NCBI GenBank assembly: GCA_963559995.1
Contig: CAUWNL010000001.1
Span: 13,108-77,107 of the forward strand
Origin: an uncultured Sarcina sp.
GTDB lineage: Bacteria; Bacillota; Clostridia; Clostridiales; Clostridiaceae
DNA: 64,000 bases
Reading direction: 5' to 3'
The notes below the pieces were generated by a model. It saw nothing but the letters and a program-made list of their open reading frames with translations. It was not told the origin of the DNA and searched no databases. Below are positions 8,536 through 18,971 of the stretch, one piece after another; within the stretch, counting starts at the first letter, position 1; each line of letters starts with the position of its first letter. A program made the translations under genes and the position numbers.

Positions 8536-9795
8536 TTAAGTGTAAGGTATTATACGTATTTCTATATTCTCTGCATCCTTAAGTATTTTATTTATTGTGG
8601 AACCTCTAAAAAATGTTTGTAATTTAGTTCTTTTACTATGCCCTAAAACAAGTTGAGTTATACCCTTTTCTTGAGCAAAATCTACAACTACTTTAGAAAT
8701 AGAATCTCCACTTCTTTCTATAACCTGTGCCCCTAGATGAATGGCTAATGCCTTATTTCTTTCTAAAGTTTTTAAATCTTCTTGTGTATTTTTTCTAGCT
8801 AAAGGATGTGTACAATCTACTATTAAAACATAACATTTACACTTATATCTTCTAGCTGTTCTTACAGCGTGCCTTATAAGTTTAGAACTCTTAGGATTAG
8901 AACTTATACAAACTAAGACCTTCTCATTTATTTTTATTTCTTCTCTTATTTCAAAATTCTTTTTATGATTTTTTAAGTCATAATCTACTTCATTAGCAGC
9001 CTCTCTAAGTGCCATCTCTCTTAGGGCTGTTAAATTTCCTCGTTTGAAGAAATTATCTAATGACCTTGCTACATTTTCACTTTTGTATACTCTTCCTTCT
9101 TTTAATCTGTTTATAAGACTTTCTGGAGGTAAATCTATTATCATAAGATCATTTGCTCTTTGAATAATCTTATCTGGTATAGTCTCCCTTACAACTACAT
9201 CAGTTATCTTTTCAACTATATCATTTAAACTTTCTATATGTTGAATATTAACTGTTGTTAAAACATTTATTCCATGTTCTAAAAGTTCTAAAACATCTTC
9301 ATATCTTTTTTTATTTTTAGATCCTGGAACATTTGTATGGGCTAATTCATCAACTATTACAAACTGAGGGTGTCTTTTTATAATAGCTTCTAAATCCATC
9401 TCTTCAAGCTCTATACCCTTATACATTGCCTTTTCTCTAGGTATTACTGGTAAATCCTTTATCTGTTCCTTAGTCTCTTTTCTTCCGTGATCTTCTATGT
9501 ATCCAATTACTATATCTTCTCCACGTTGAAGCCTTCTGTTCCCCTCATTTAACATACTGTATGTCTTACCAACCCCTGGTGCATATCCTAGAAATATTTT
9601 TAAGAATCCACTATTATCTCTATCATACCTACTCTTATTTATTTCCTTTAATTTGTTAACCTCTATATCTAATATCTCGTCACTCTCTTTCTTTTCTATA
9701 TCCTCTTCATCACTCTTTGTATCTTTCTTTATCTCTAACTCTTTATCTTTTTCTATATCATTTGAATTTTCAATGATTAAATCTTTATCTTTCAT
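8536..9795 (-). CDS. kdpD: Sensor-only KdpD (KdpD N-terminal domain plus USP domain, no transmembrane or kinase part)
   Basis: 419 aa. Contains GYAPGVGKTYSML (the KdpD P-loop) and a C-terminal USP-like domain (VLVCISSNP...LVLGHSKR). It ends at a terminator with no HisKA or HATPase region. The first 55 aa or so form an acidic/lysine-rich extension. Confidence 0.75.
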   Translation of the reverse strand: MKDKDLIIENSNDIEKDKELEIKKDTKSDEEDIEKKESDEILDIEVNKLKEINKSRYDRDNSGFLKIFLGYAPGVGKTYSMLNEGNRRLQRGEDIVIGYIEDHGRKETKEQIKDLPVIPREKAMYKGIELEEMDLEAIIKRHPQFVIVDELAHTNVPGSKNKKRYEDVLELLEHGINVLTTVNIQHIESLNDIVEKITDVVVRETIPDKIIQRANDLMIIDLPPESLINRLKEGRVYKSENVARSLDNFFKRGNLTALREMALREAANEVDYDLKNHKKNFEIREEIKINEKVLVCISSNPKSSKLIRHAVRTARRYKCKCYVLIVDCTHPLARKNTQEDLKTLERNKALAIHLGAQVIERSGDSISKVVVDFAQEKGITQLVLGHSKRTKLQTFFRGSTINKILKDAENIEIRIIPYT

Positions 9796-9927
9796 TTATT
9801 TCATCCCTTCTTTAAATAGATATAAACTTATAATTTCATTGTTTTTAAGATATTTTTGTAAAATATAAAGAATATAAAAAAGAGAATTAAAATGTATATA
9901 TACATTATAATTCTCTTTTTAGTAATA

Positions 9928-10515
9928 TTAAATCATTTTTAAAGCTTCAGCAATTTTAATGTTAAGTTCTAATACATTTATTAAAGTTTCTCCATTTGAA
10001 GTGTATGACTGTTTACTTTCATTTATGTATTTAATTAAATCTGCTCTTGATATTCCTGTTGCTTTTGATACCCTAGCTACTTGAAGCTCTGCACCTTGAA
10101 GTGTAATATCTGGATCTAATCCTGATGCTGATTCAGTAAATAAACTTGCTGGTAAGTTGTGTCTTGCAACTGTTGGATTTTCTTTTAAGAATATATTTAC
10201 TCTAGCATCTACACTTGACACTAACTTGCTTGAATTAGCGGAATAATCAGTTGTTCCTGTTGCAAATGTATTGCTCTCTGTTGTTGTTGTATTATAGTTT
10301 ATACTTGATGGTCTTCCGTGGAAGAACATATCACTTGTAAACTCTTGGCCTATAAGCTTAGAACCAACTGCAGTACCATCTACATATATTAAGCTACCGT
10401 TAGCTTGATTATTCATAAACACCTGACCTACTCCTGTTAATACTAAAGGATATATAAGGCCACATACTATTATAAATATAATGGATAGCTTTATACTAAT
10501 CTTTAAATGTTTCAT
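9928..10515 (-). CDS. kdpC: K+-transporting ATPase subunit C
   Basis: 195 aa. N-terminal TM helix, GSKLIGQ and SGLDP motifs, and a position directly after kdpB. Confidence 0.85.
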   Translation of the reverse strand: MKHLKISIKLSIIFIIVCGLIYPLVLTGVGQVFMNNQANGSLIYVDGTAVGSKLIGQEFTSDMFFHGRPSSINYNTTTTESNTFATGTTDYSANSSKLVSSVDARVNIFLKENPTVARHNLPASLFTESASGLDPDITLQGAELQVARVSKATGISRADLIKYINESKQSYTSNGETLINVLELNIKIAEALKMI

Positions 10516-10527
10516 ATAACTCTCTCC

Positions 10528-12588
10528 TTACGCCATACCTAGCATTCTACAAAGTGGTGTTATTATAATATTTATTATCTTAATTCCTATAAATGGTGTT
10601 ATTACTCCACCTACTCCAAATACAAGAACATTTCTAATAAGTAACATTTCTGACTTCATTGGTTTATATTTAACACCTTTCATTGCTATTGGTATTAATA
10701 TTGGTATTATAATAGCATTAAATATTAAAGCTGATAAAATCGCTGATTGTGGTGAAGATAACCCCATTACATTTAAAACCTTCATTTGAGGTATTGCAAG
10801 TATAAATATAGCAGGAATTACTGCAAAGTATTTAGCAACGTCATTAGCTATACTAAACGTAGTTAAAGCACCTCTTGTTATTAAAAGTTGTTTACCTATC
10901 TCAACAACTTCTAGTATCTTAGTTGGGTCTGAATCCAAATCAACCATGTTAGCAGCTTCTTTAGCTGAAGTTGTTCCTGAATTCATTGCTATACCAACAT
11001 CTGCTTGAGCTAAGGCAGGGGCATCATTAGTACCATCACCTGTCATAGCAACTATTTTACCAAGTGCTTGTTCTTTTTTAATAACAGCTATTTTATCTTC
11101 TGGTTTACATTCAGCTACAAAGTCATCAACTCCAGCTTCTCTAGCTATTGTTTCAGCAGTTAATGGGTTATCTCCTGTACACATTACAGTCTTTATACCC
11201 ATTTCTCTAAGTCTTGCAAATCTTTCTACAAGACCTGGTTTAACAGTATCTTTTAAGTAAATTACACCATATATTTTATTTTCAACGCATACAGTTAATG
11301 GAGTTCCTCCAAGTTTTGATACGTGTTCTACTTTTTCATCTATATCTTTTGGAATTTCTCCACCTAAAGATTTAGCAAATTCTTTAACAGCACTACTTGC
11401 ACCTTTTCTTACTCTAGTACCGTCTTTTAAATCCATACCACTCATTTTTGTTTGAGCTTGGAATTCTATAAATTCAGCTTCTGGATAGTTATCTAAACTA
11501 TCTGTTATATTCATAGTAGCTGCAAGTTCAACAACTGATTTACCTTCTGGTGTTGTATCTAAAAGAGAAGTTAAAAGAGCTGCTTTTATTAAATCTTCTT
11601 TAGCTACACCTTCAACTGGTATAAAATCTGCTGCTAATCTGTTACCAAAAGTTATTGTTCCTGTTTTATCTAATATCATAGTATCAACATCACCACAAGC
11701 CTCAACCGCCTTACCAGACATTGCTATAATATTAAACTTAGTAACTCTATCCATACCTGCAATACCAATTGCTGATAAAAGACCACCAATTGTGGTTGGT
11801 ATAAGACAAACAAGAAGTGCTACCAAAGTAGCTATTGATATATTAACTCTTAAGTAAGCACTCATTGGATATAAAGTACTTACAACAACTAAGAATATTA
11901 TTGTTAATGATAAGAGTAATGTTCCAAGTGCAATTTCATTTGGTGTCTTCTTTCTTTCAGCACCTTCAACTAGTTTAATCATCTTGTCTAAGAAGGATTC
12001 ACCTGGAGTAACTGTTATTTCAACCTTTATCCAGTCAGAAACAACTTTTGTTCCTCCAGTTACTGATGCGAAATCTCCACCACACTCTTTAACAACTGGA
12101 GCAGATTCTCCTGTTATAGCAGATTCATCAACTGAGGCTATACCTTCTATAACCTCTCCATCATTTGGAATTAAATCTCCAGCTTCTATTAAAATTATAT
12201 CACCTTTTTTTAAATCATTAGCGCTAATTATAGTTACGTTTCCGTTGTCATCTAATAATTTAGCTTCTGTATTTTGTCTAGTTTGCTTAAGAGTACTAGC
12301 TTGAGCTTTACCTCTACCTTCAGCAATTGACTCTGCAAAGTTAGCAAAAAGTATTGTGATAAATAATATTATCCCGATTATAAAGTCGTATATTCTACTA
12401 TTTCCTGATCCCCCAAAAAGATTTGGGAAAGCAGATAATATAAAAACAAGTATACATCCTAACTCAACTAAGAACATTATTGGATTTTTCACCATATGCT
12501 TAGGATTTAATTTTTTAAATGAATCCTTAAAAGCATTATTTAGGATGTCTTTGCTTACAAATTTACCTTTTTCGCTTTTTTCGCTCAT
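10528..12588 (-). CDS. kdpB: K+-transporting P-type ATPase subunit B
   Basis: 686 aa. DKTGTIT phosphorylation motif and [17 protein letters not shown] hinge motif. Confidence 0.95.
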   Translation of the reverse strand: MSEKSEKGKFVSKDILNNAFKDSFKKLNPKHMVKNPIMFLVELGCILVFILSAFPNLFGGSGNSRIYDFIIGIILFITILFANFAESIAEGRGKAQASTLKQTRQNTEAKLLDDNGNVTIISANDLKKGDIILIEAGDLIPNDGEVIEGIASVDESAITGESAPVVKECGGDFASVTGGTKVVSDWIKVEITVTPGESFLDKMIKLVEGAERKKTPNEIALGTLLLSLTIIFLVVVSTLYPMSAYLRVNISIATLVALLVCLIPTTIGGLLSAIGIAGMDRVTKFNIIAMSGKAVEACGDVDTMILDKTGTITFGNRLAADFIPVEGVAKEDLIKAALLTSLLDTTPEGKSVVELAATMNITDSLDNYPEAEFIEFQAQTKMSGMDLKDGTRVRKGASSAVKEFAKSLGGEIPKDIDEKVEHVSKLGGTPLTVCVENKIYGVIYLKDTVKPGLVERFARLREMGIKTVMCTGDNPLTAETIAREAGVDDFVAECKPEDKIAVIKKEQALGKIVAMTGDGTNDAPALAQADVGIAMNSGTTSAKEAANMVDLDSDPTKILEVVEIGKQLLITRGALTTFSIANDVAKYFAVIPAIFILAIPQMKVLNVMGLSSPQSAILSALIFNAIIIPILIPIAMKGVKYKPMKSEMLLIRNVLVFGVGGVITPFIGIKIINIIITPLCRMLGMA

Positions 12589-12610
12589 AAATCTTTATTC
12601 ACTCCTTATC

Positions 12611-14287
12611 CTAAAATTTAAGAAATTCAGTTATTGGTCCAAGACCTAATGCAGGAAGGAATGTTAAAGCACCTATAACTAAAATAATGCAGAATAACAT
12701 AACTCCAAAAATAGCATTATCAGTTTTAAATGTTCCTACAGTTTCTGGAACCTTCCTCTTATTAGCTAATGATAAACCAGCAGCTAGTAAAAGTAAAATA
12801 GGAGCATACCTTGCTATAAGCATAATAATTGCAGTTAGTATATTCCAGTATCCTGTGCCATTTGCAAATCCACCTAAAAGTGAACCATTGTTAGCACTAG
12901 CACTTGTAAATTCATATAGAACTTGGCTCATGCCATGGAAGCTAAGAGCAATTCCACTATGTAAGCCTATACCACTTATTAATGTAAATGCTGTTGAGAA
13001 TAAAATTAGTATAGGATGTATTAATATAGCTATGGCTATTAATTTTATTTCTCTTGCTTCAACCTTTTTACCTAAAAACTCTGGTGTTCTTCCAACCATA
13101 AGTCCACAGATAAATACAGTTAATAAAACATACATTATTACATTCATGAATCCTGAACCTATACCACCAAATATAGTATTAAGTGACATATTCCAAAGAG
13201 CCATAAATATTGTTATAGGATTTGCAGCATTTAATGCTGAATTTGTAGCACCTGTTGTAAATGCCGTACTTATTGTAGTAAATAACGATGTTCCAAAGTT
13301 ACCAAATCTTAAATCCTGTCCTGTTGAGCCACTAAATGCTTTAGATAAACCTAAGCTTTGAAGAGCATTATTTCCCAAAGAATTTCCATAGTACATAACA
13401 AAGAATGAAATTAAAACTAATACTAGTAACGCAATTATTATTACTACTGATTGTTTTTTATTCTTTATAGTTACACCAAAGCTAACAACAAATGAGCCTG
13501 GTATTACAGTCATTGCTAAGATTTCTATAAAGTTTGAAATAATATTTGGATTTGCAAATGGAGTTGCTGAATTTGCTGCAAAGAAACCGCCACCATTTGT
13601 TCCTAAGAACTTAATAGCTTCTAAAGCTGCTATAGGACCCATTGCAATGTTTTGGAATGTTCCTTCTATGGTTTTTACAGTTATCATGCCTTGAAGTGTT
13701 TCAGGTACTCCTGTAGCTATTAATATTATTGCTATTATAAATGCTCCTGGTATTAAAACCCTTGTTAAAGCTCTTGTAAAATCAACATAAAAGTTTCCAA
13801 GGCTTTTAGACTTTCCAGCAACAGTTCTTATAAATGCAAATCCTATTGCGCAACCAGTAGCTGCTGCTGCAAACATAAGAAATATTATAACTAGCATTTG
13901 GCTTAAATTAGAAATAGCACTTACCCCTGAATAATGTTGAAGATCTGTATTAGTTATAAAAGATACAGCTGTATTAAAAGACAAGCTTGTACCCATACCT
14001 TTTACGTGTTCTGAATTTAATAAAGGAATTAAACCTTGTATTTTTAAGATTATAAATCCTATTAAAAACATAATAAAGTTACTCATAAGCAATGCAATAG
14101 CATATTGCTTAAAGGTCATATCTTCTTTCGATATACCACATATCTTATAAATGCAGTTATCTATTTTACTAAAAAATTTGTCACCCTTATACTGCTTAAA
14201 ATTAATGATATTAGCTAAATACTTACCTATGATAGCTATAAGCACTATAAATATGACTAAAAACAAAATTAGATTTAGCATATTCAT
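12611..14287 (-). CDS. kdpA: K+-transporting ATPase subunit A
   Basis: 558 aa polytopic protein with NTDLQHYSG and GTNGGGF selectivity-filter-like motifs, directly upstream of kdpB. Confidence 0.9.
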   Translation of the reverse strand: MNMLNLILFLVIFIVLIAIIGKYLANIINFKQYKGDKFFSKIDNCIYKICGISKEDMTFKQYAIALLMSNFIMFLIGFIILKIQGLIPLLNSEHVKGMGTSLSFNTAVSFITNTDLQHYSGVSAISNLSQMLVIIFLMFAAAATGCAIGFAFIRTVAGKSKSLGNFYVDFTRALTRVLIPGAFIIAIILIATGVPETLQGMITVKTIEGTFQNIAMGPIAALEAIKFLGTNGGGFFAANSATPFANPNIISNFIEILAMTVIPGSFVVSFGVTIKNKKQSVVIIIALLVLVLISFFVMYYGNSLGNNALQSLGLSKAFSGSTGQDLRFGNFGTSLFTTISTAFTTGATNSALNAANPITIFMALWNMSLNTIFGGIGSGFMNVIMYVLLTVFICGLMVGRTPEFLGKKVEAREIKLIAIAILIHPILILFSTAFTLISGIGLHSGIALSFHGMSQVLYEFTSASANNGSLLGGFANGTGYWNILTAIIMLIARYAPILLLLAAGLSLANKRKVPETVGTFKTDNAIFGVMLFCIILVIGALTFLPALGLGPITEFLKF

Positions 14288-14308
14288 GTTTCCTTTACCT
14301 CCAATAGA

Positions 14309-14389
14309 TTAAAATTTGTCTGGATTTAATAATGCATAGAATAGGTACACAAACAAACATAAAACTACTATTCCTAAAACAAATATCAT
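14309..14389 (-). CDS. kdpF: K+-transporting ATPase subunit F (26 aa, not in the ORF track)
   Basis: Hand translation gives MIFVLGIVVLCLFVYLFYALLNPDKF*. RBS GGAGGAACAAAGG precedes it and it ends 21 nt before kdpA. The LFYALLNPDKF tail is KdpF-like. Confidence 0.65.
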   Translation of the reverse strand: MIFVLGIVVLCLFVYLFYALLNPDKF

Positions 14390-14441
14390 CCTTTGTTCCT
14401 CCAAATCCACTTTATTATTTTTTTGATTAGCTTAAATAAAA

Positions 14442-14470
14442 ATTTTAATTCTATTAAGTTTTTTTGTCAA
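14442..14470 (-). promoter_or_regulatory. Candidate sigma-A promoter of kdpFABC-kdpD
   Basis: On the minus strand: TTGACA (complement of 14465-14470)-17 nt-TAAAAT (complement of 14442-14447), about 50 nt upstream of kdpF. Confidence 0.4.
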
Positions 14471-15101
14471 TTGATATTACGTTACAAATTATAGTTTAAT
14501 TTTAATTCTTTATGTAATTTTTTTATGTTTTATTTTAATAAAATTATTTTATTTAATAACTTCTAAATAATAAATTTATTTTTTTGAATATATGTAAGTT
14601 TTAACCTTGAATATAATAAAAGAATATTTAAACTACAACTTATATATTATACATATTGTCTTTTCTTTGGCAAAACTAGAAAATCACCATGTAAAGTTAA
14701 ATAAAATCAAATACTCTAATTTCAGCAAAATAACTCTATAATAAATCAAAAAACTATATTTTACTTGCTTTAACTTTTAAAATTAATGTATTATTAAGAA
14801 AAATTTCTAAATAATTTATTTTTTTATGTCACCTTTTTTACAAAAAATACATTATTTAAAAATATCTTTATATATTTAGTATATAGTTATAATAATTATC
14901 TATTTATTATTTTAATGATTTTTTTTTTAATGATTAAATATTATATTGATTAATAATTTTATAAATAATCAATATGTAAATGAAGACATTTTATTCCTAC
15001 ATTTATATATTATTCACTTGAAATTATCATTATTAAAATCTACTAATTATATATATAATTAGTAGATTTTTTTTATTTCTATACATAACAAATAGTTTCT
15101 T

Positions 15102-16034
15102 TTAATAAGGATAGCTTTTTAACACAGTTAAATTTCCTTTTACTATATAATCTCCAAGGGAAGCAGGAATTAAATAACTATCTCCCATTTTTATAGACTC
15201 CTTAAAGTTTTTTCCTTCTATAATTCCTTCACCTTCAACACAAGTTATTATATAAAATCTTTCCTCATCACTATTATCTTTTAACTTTTTACTTATTATA
15301 TACTTTTCTATGCCAAAATATTTAGTTTCACATAGTATTCTCTTGGTATAGTCTTTAGTTATTTCCTCTCCTTCCATAGGCTCCTTAGCCTGTAGATTTA
15401 AATCAATAACATCTAAAGCCCTTTTAATATGAAGTTCTCTTGGCCTTCCATAATCGTATACTCTATATGTTATATCACTATTTTGTTGAATTTCAGCTAT
15501 TATAACCCCTTCGCATATAGCGTGAACAAGACCACTATTTATTAAGAAGAAATCTCCTTTTTTTACATTAATCTTGTTTAAATATTTTTCTACATTATTA
15601 GATATTATAGCTTCTTGAAATTCTTCTTTTGTACAAGATTTTGTCCCTAATATTAAACTTGCATCATCTTTTGCATCTATAACATACCATGCCTCAGTTT
15701 TACCATACTCACCTTCATATTTTTCCGCATACTCGTCTTTAGGGTGTACTTGTACTGAAAGCTTTTCCTTTGAATTTATAATTTTTAAAAGAAGAGGCAT
15801 TTTTTCTAAGCTAATTTTAGTACCAACTAAAGACGCACCTTTAGCTTTTATTAAATCCTGAAAAGTTATTCCCTTAAACTCTCCATTAGCAACTATCCCC
15901 ATCCCATTAGGATGACAAGCTATATCCCAACTTTCACCTATATTACCATCAGGAAGATTACTTCTGAAATTTTCTAAATCACGACCTCCCCAAACTTTAT
16001 CATAATATAAATTTTCAAATCTTATTGGATACAT
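15102..16034 (-). CDS. manA: Class I mannose-6-phosphate isomerase
   Basis: 310 aa. YPIRFENLYYDKVWGG N-terminus, QVHP and TEAWY zinc-site motifs, cupin fold. Confidence 0.8.
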   Translation of the reverse strand: MYPIRFENLYYDKVWGGRDLENFRSNLPDGNIGESWDIACHPNGMGIVANGEFKGITFQDLIKAKGASLVGTKISLEKMPLLLKIINSKEKLSVQVHPKDEYAEKYEGEYGKTEAWYVIDAKDDASLILGTKSCTKEEFQEAIISNNVEKYLNKINVKKGDFFLINSGLVHAICEGVIIAEIQQNSDITYRVYDYGRPRELHIKRALDVIDLNLQAKEPMEGEEITKDYTKRILCETKYFGIEKYIISKKLKDNSDEERFYIITCVEGEGIIEGKNFKESIKMGDSYLIPASLGDYIVKGNLTVLKSYPY

Positions 16035-16180
16035 ACTATTCCTCCCATCATATATGATTACAAATATCTTTAATATTTATATACTTAATTATATCATAGT
16101 AAATTTTTTCTATTCTTATATATAATATAGATGCTAAAATATTTCATACATTTTTATATACATTAAATGAACTTAAAAAT

Positions 16181-16212
16181 AAAACCTCTTTAACATATGT
16201 TAAAGAGGTTTT
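16181..16212 (-). terminator. Intrinsic terminator after the MFS gene (separates it from manA)
   Basis: Perfect 15-bp stem AAAACCTCTTTAACA / TGTTAAAGAGGTTTT, with a U-tract on the minus strand. Confidence 0.8.
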
Positions 16213-16233
16213 ATTTAAAATTTATTTTTAGTA

Positions 16234-17400
16234 TTAATCATTTATAAATTTCATTTTACCTATTATACAGATTAATCCAGCTACTACTATAGAAGCAAGA
16301 GCTAGTGGGAATATTAATCCCATATCACTAGTCATTAATGAACCTGCTAAAAGGTTACCTATAATTTGAGGTATACATAAGAATACGTTGTTGATTCCCA
16401 TGTATTCTCCAAGTCTTTCTTTAGGCGCAACAGCAGGTATTAAAGCGTAGAATACAACTTGGAATACAGCAAAACCTAAACCAAAGATGATTGTGAATCC
16501 CCATAACATTCCTAAGTTCATAACAAACATACCTACTAAGAAACCTATAAAGTAGATTATACATACAATAAATAATATCATTTGTTTATTGTATCTATCA
16601 CATAACATACCGATAAATACTGAAAGAACAAGACCAACTACTGTAAATCCTACTAGCGCTAAACTAATATCATTGCTTGAGAAACCATTTGCTTTTTCAA
16701 AGTATGGTAACCAGTATGGCATTATTAAACCATATGCTAAATATAAGAAGAACGCTGTCATAAATACTTTCATAGCTGAAAAATTCTTTAAAAAGTCAAA
16801 ACTAATTTTAGCTGAAGCTTTAGTCATATTGCTTCTATTTTCTTTTACACCAAATACTGTGATAAGGTTAGATATTATTACAACAACACCTGCAACGATA
16901 AGTGGTAAAGCAGGGTTTACAGCAAATAAAGAAACTCCAATACCGAAAACTATAACTCCGCCAACAGAGTAGAATAATTTTCCCCAACCGTTAACTAAAC
17001 CAATTTGATGTTTTTGAACAGCTTCTGGCATCCAAGCATAGTATGAACCTTGATAGAAGTTCATTGAGAAATAGAATAAGAATGCAAATATAAACATTTC
17101 TAAATAAGCTGAAGAAAATCCTAAGCAAAATAAGAATATAGCACCTGCTAATGATCCAAATAAAACGAAAGGTTTTCTTTTTCCTAGCTTATCACTTAAC
17201 ATACCTGATATGTACGGAGCAAATATTCCTGTAACAGAAGCCATAGCAACTAAGATAGCTAATTGAAATGCAGATTTAGTTGCAGTTTCAACTAATAAAG
17301 GAACTACTGTACTGTTCATATTCCATGCAAGACCTAATCCGATACTAGGTAATGCCATTAAAATAGGAATCAATTTACTATTACTTTTTTTCATTTCCAT
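16234..17400 (-). CDS. MFS transporter (possibly sugar/glycoside; GPH-like DKLGKRKPF loop)
   Basis: 388 aa with 12 predicted TM helices. MFS loop motif SGMLSDKLGKRKPF. Sits next to manA. Confidence 0.7.
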   Translation of the reverse strand: MEMKKSNSKLIPILMALPSIGLGLAWNMNSTVVPLLVETATKSAFQLAILVAMASVTGIFAPYISGMLSDKLGKRKPFVLFGSLAGAIFLFCLGFSSAYLEMFIFAFLFYFSMNFYQGSYYAWMPEAVQKHQIGLVNGWGKLFYSVGGVIVFGIGVSLFAVNPALPLIVAGVVVIISNLITVFGVKENRSNMTKASAKISFDFLKNFSAMKVFMTAFFLYLAYGLIMPYWLPYFEKANGFSSNDISLALVGFTVVGLVLSVFIGMLCDRYNKQMILFIVCIIYFIGFLVGMFVMNLGMLWGFTIIFGLGFAVFQVVFYALIPAVAPKERLGEYMGINNVFLCIPQIIGNLLAGSLMTSDMGLIFPLALASIVVAGLICIIGKMKFIND

Positions 17401-17594
17401 ATGTATAATTACCTCTTTCTATTTTTATTAAAAACAACACATATAAATATAAGTTTTTATTTTACTAAGTAATTTTTTAAATTTAATTTTAATTAATTAA
17501 GAAATTATTTCCATCTCACCTATTAAAATTTCTTTATTAATTATCAATTTAAAAAATTCATTTTCTATCCATTATTGGGATATCGTTACCATTT

Positions 17595-17620
17595 AATGAA
17601 TATTATTTATAATATTCATT
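17595..17620. promoter_or_regulatory. 26-bp perfect palindrome; candidate operator upstream of the MFS gene
   Basis: AATGAATATTAT-TT-ATAATATTCATT, about 195-220 nt upstream of the ATG at 17400. A cre-like ATGGTAACGATATCC (minus strand, 17578-17592) abuts it. Confidence 0.4.
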
Positions 17621-17740
17621 CTAATTTTCATCCCTCCTAATAAATTTTGACGATTTTATAAATTTGATAGCACTAATTATATAGCAATTAACGTGCCAAT
17701 ATTAAAAAATAGCTTATTTACTATACTCCATACATTTAAA

Positions 17741-17955
17741 CATTTTTCATGTTTTACTGTGTTTTATTTTTTTAAAACATTTTCATCAATACTGTTTTAT
17801 TTTTATTTTATACTGTTTCATTTTTAACTTAATCTAACAGCATTTTCAGTATTTTTTTAATTAGTGTTTTAAAATAAAAGATTAGTGTTTCATTTTTTTA
17901 TTTTTTAAACGATTACCTCAATATGTAATTGCTAAATTAATTTAGTGTTTTTCTA
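17741..17955. repeat. Array of six short A[CG]TGTTT[TC]A-type motifs in an intergenic region
   Basis: Copies start at 17756, 17791, 17812, 17862, 17883 and 17943. Two pairs sit exactly 21 bp apart (ACTGTTTTATTTTT/ACTGTTTCATTTTT and TAGTGTTTTAAAAT/TAGTGTTTCATTTTT). CATTTT(T)CA also recurs at 17741, 17778 and 17841. Confidence 0.5.
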
Positions 17956-18012
17956 TAAAATAACTTTATTTTTTTAAATTCCTTAATATTTTGCCTCATT
18001 TTCATATAAAAA

Positions 18013-18040
18013 ATCCTCTATATTTAAAATTATAGAGGAT
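18013..18040 (-). terminator. Hairpin terminator downstream of the dedA-like gene
   Basis: ATCCTCTATA-N8-TATAGAGGAT flanked by AAAAA and TTTTTT. It lies about 165 nt after the stop at 18207. Confidence 0.55.
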
Positions 18041-18206
18041 TATTTTTTATAAAAATTTTTAATGCTATTAACTTTATAAATAGAACTTTTAAATTATCTT
18101 ATTTATCTAAATTTTTTTTATTTTAAAGAATTATAAAATCCATTCCATTTTTAAAATGCTTTTATAAAAATTTAATTTATATTTTACTAAGTAAAAATTG
18201 AATTTT

Positions 18207-18851
18207 TTATTTTGCAGAAACTAATTTAGTTTTTATAAGACCATATGCAGGTCCTATTAATGATAAACCAATTATAGCAAATACAACTATTGAAAAATTA
18301 TTTTCAACTACTGGTATATTTCCAAAAAAGAATCCTACAAGAGTTACTAAACCAACCCATAGCACACCACCTAAAATATCAAACCTTACAAATTTTTTGT
18401 ACTTCATTGCTCCAATACCAGCAACAAAAGGTGCAAAAGTACGAACTATAGGAATGAACCTTGCAATTATAATAGTTTTACCACCATACTTATCATAATA
18501 ACTATTTGTTTTTTCTATATATTCTTTCTTTATAAACTTTGGATTTTTCTTATTAACAACTTTTTTCCCTAAAAACTTTCCTATATTATAGTTTACATTA
18601 TCTCCTGCAATAGCAGCAAACATAAGAAGTCCTAATAATCCATATATATTTAACATTCCTGATGCAGCTAACGCTCCTGCTGCAAAGAGTACAGAATCAC
18701 CAGGTAAAATAGGTGTTACTACAAAACCAGTTTCCATAAATATTATTAAAAATAATATACCATAAACTAGTATTCCATATGTATGTATAAGAGTTCCTAA
18801 ATAAAGGTTAAGATGCAATACTATGTTTATGAATTGATGTATTAATGCCAT
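18207..18851 (-). CDS. DedA-family membrane protein
   Basis: 214 aa. PILPGDSVLFAAGALA and RFIPIVRTFAPFVAGIG are typical DedA/SNARE-associated motifs. Confidence 0.8.
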   Translation of the reverse strand: MALIHQFINIVLHLNLYLGTLIHTYGILVYGILFLIIFMETGFVVTPILPGDSVLFAAGALAASGMLNIYGLLGLLMFAAIAGDNVNYNIGKFLGKKVVNKKNPKFIKKEYIEKTNSYYDKYGGKTIIIARFIPIVRTFAPFVAGIGAMKYKKFVRFDILGGVLWVGLVTLVGFFFGNIPVVENNFSIVVFAIIGLSLIGPAYGLIKTKLVSAK

Positions 18852-18971
18852 TCTTGTTAACCCCCAATATTATTTTCTATTATTTTAAATTATTAACTTA
18901 AATTCAACTCATTATAACATTAATTATTATTAAATTAAATTAATATTTGATTAAATATTCCTATTCTATCG

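Noticed and set aside
9653-9868. 71-aa plus-strand ORF
   Set aside because: It is antisense to the Glu/Lys-rich head of kdpD, and its Ser/Phe-rich low-complexity translation is a mirror artefact. The same reasoning applies to 16589-16972, 19333-19596, 23859-24116, 25486-25671, 27169-27366, 31431-31766, 33010-33255, 43134-43418, 44120-44302, 45060-45254, 51701-51910 and 57297-57479.
11984-13361. Plus-strand ORFs 11984-12304, 12356-12649 and 12687-13361
   Set aside because: They are antisense shadows inside kdpB and kdpA, which carry unambiguous conserved motifs on the minus strand. None has an RBS.
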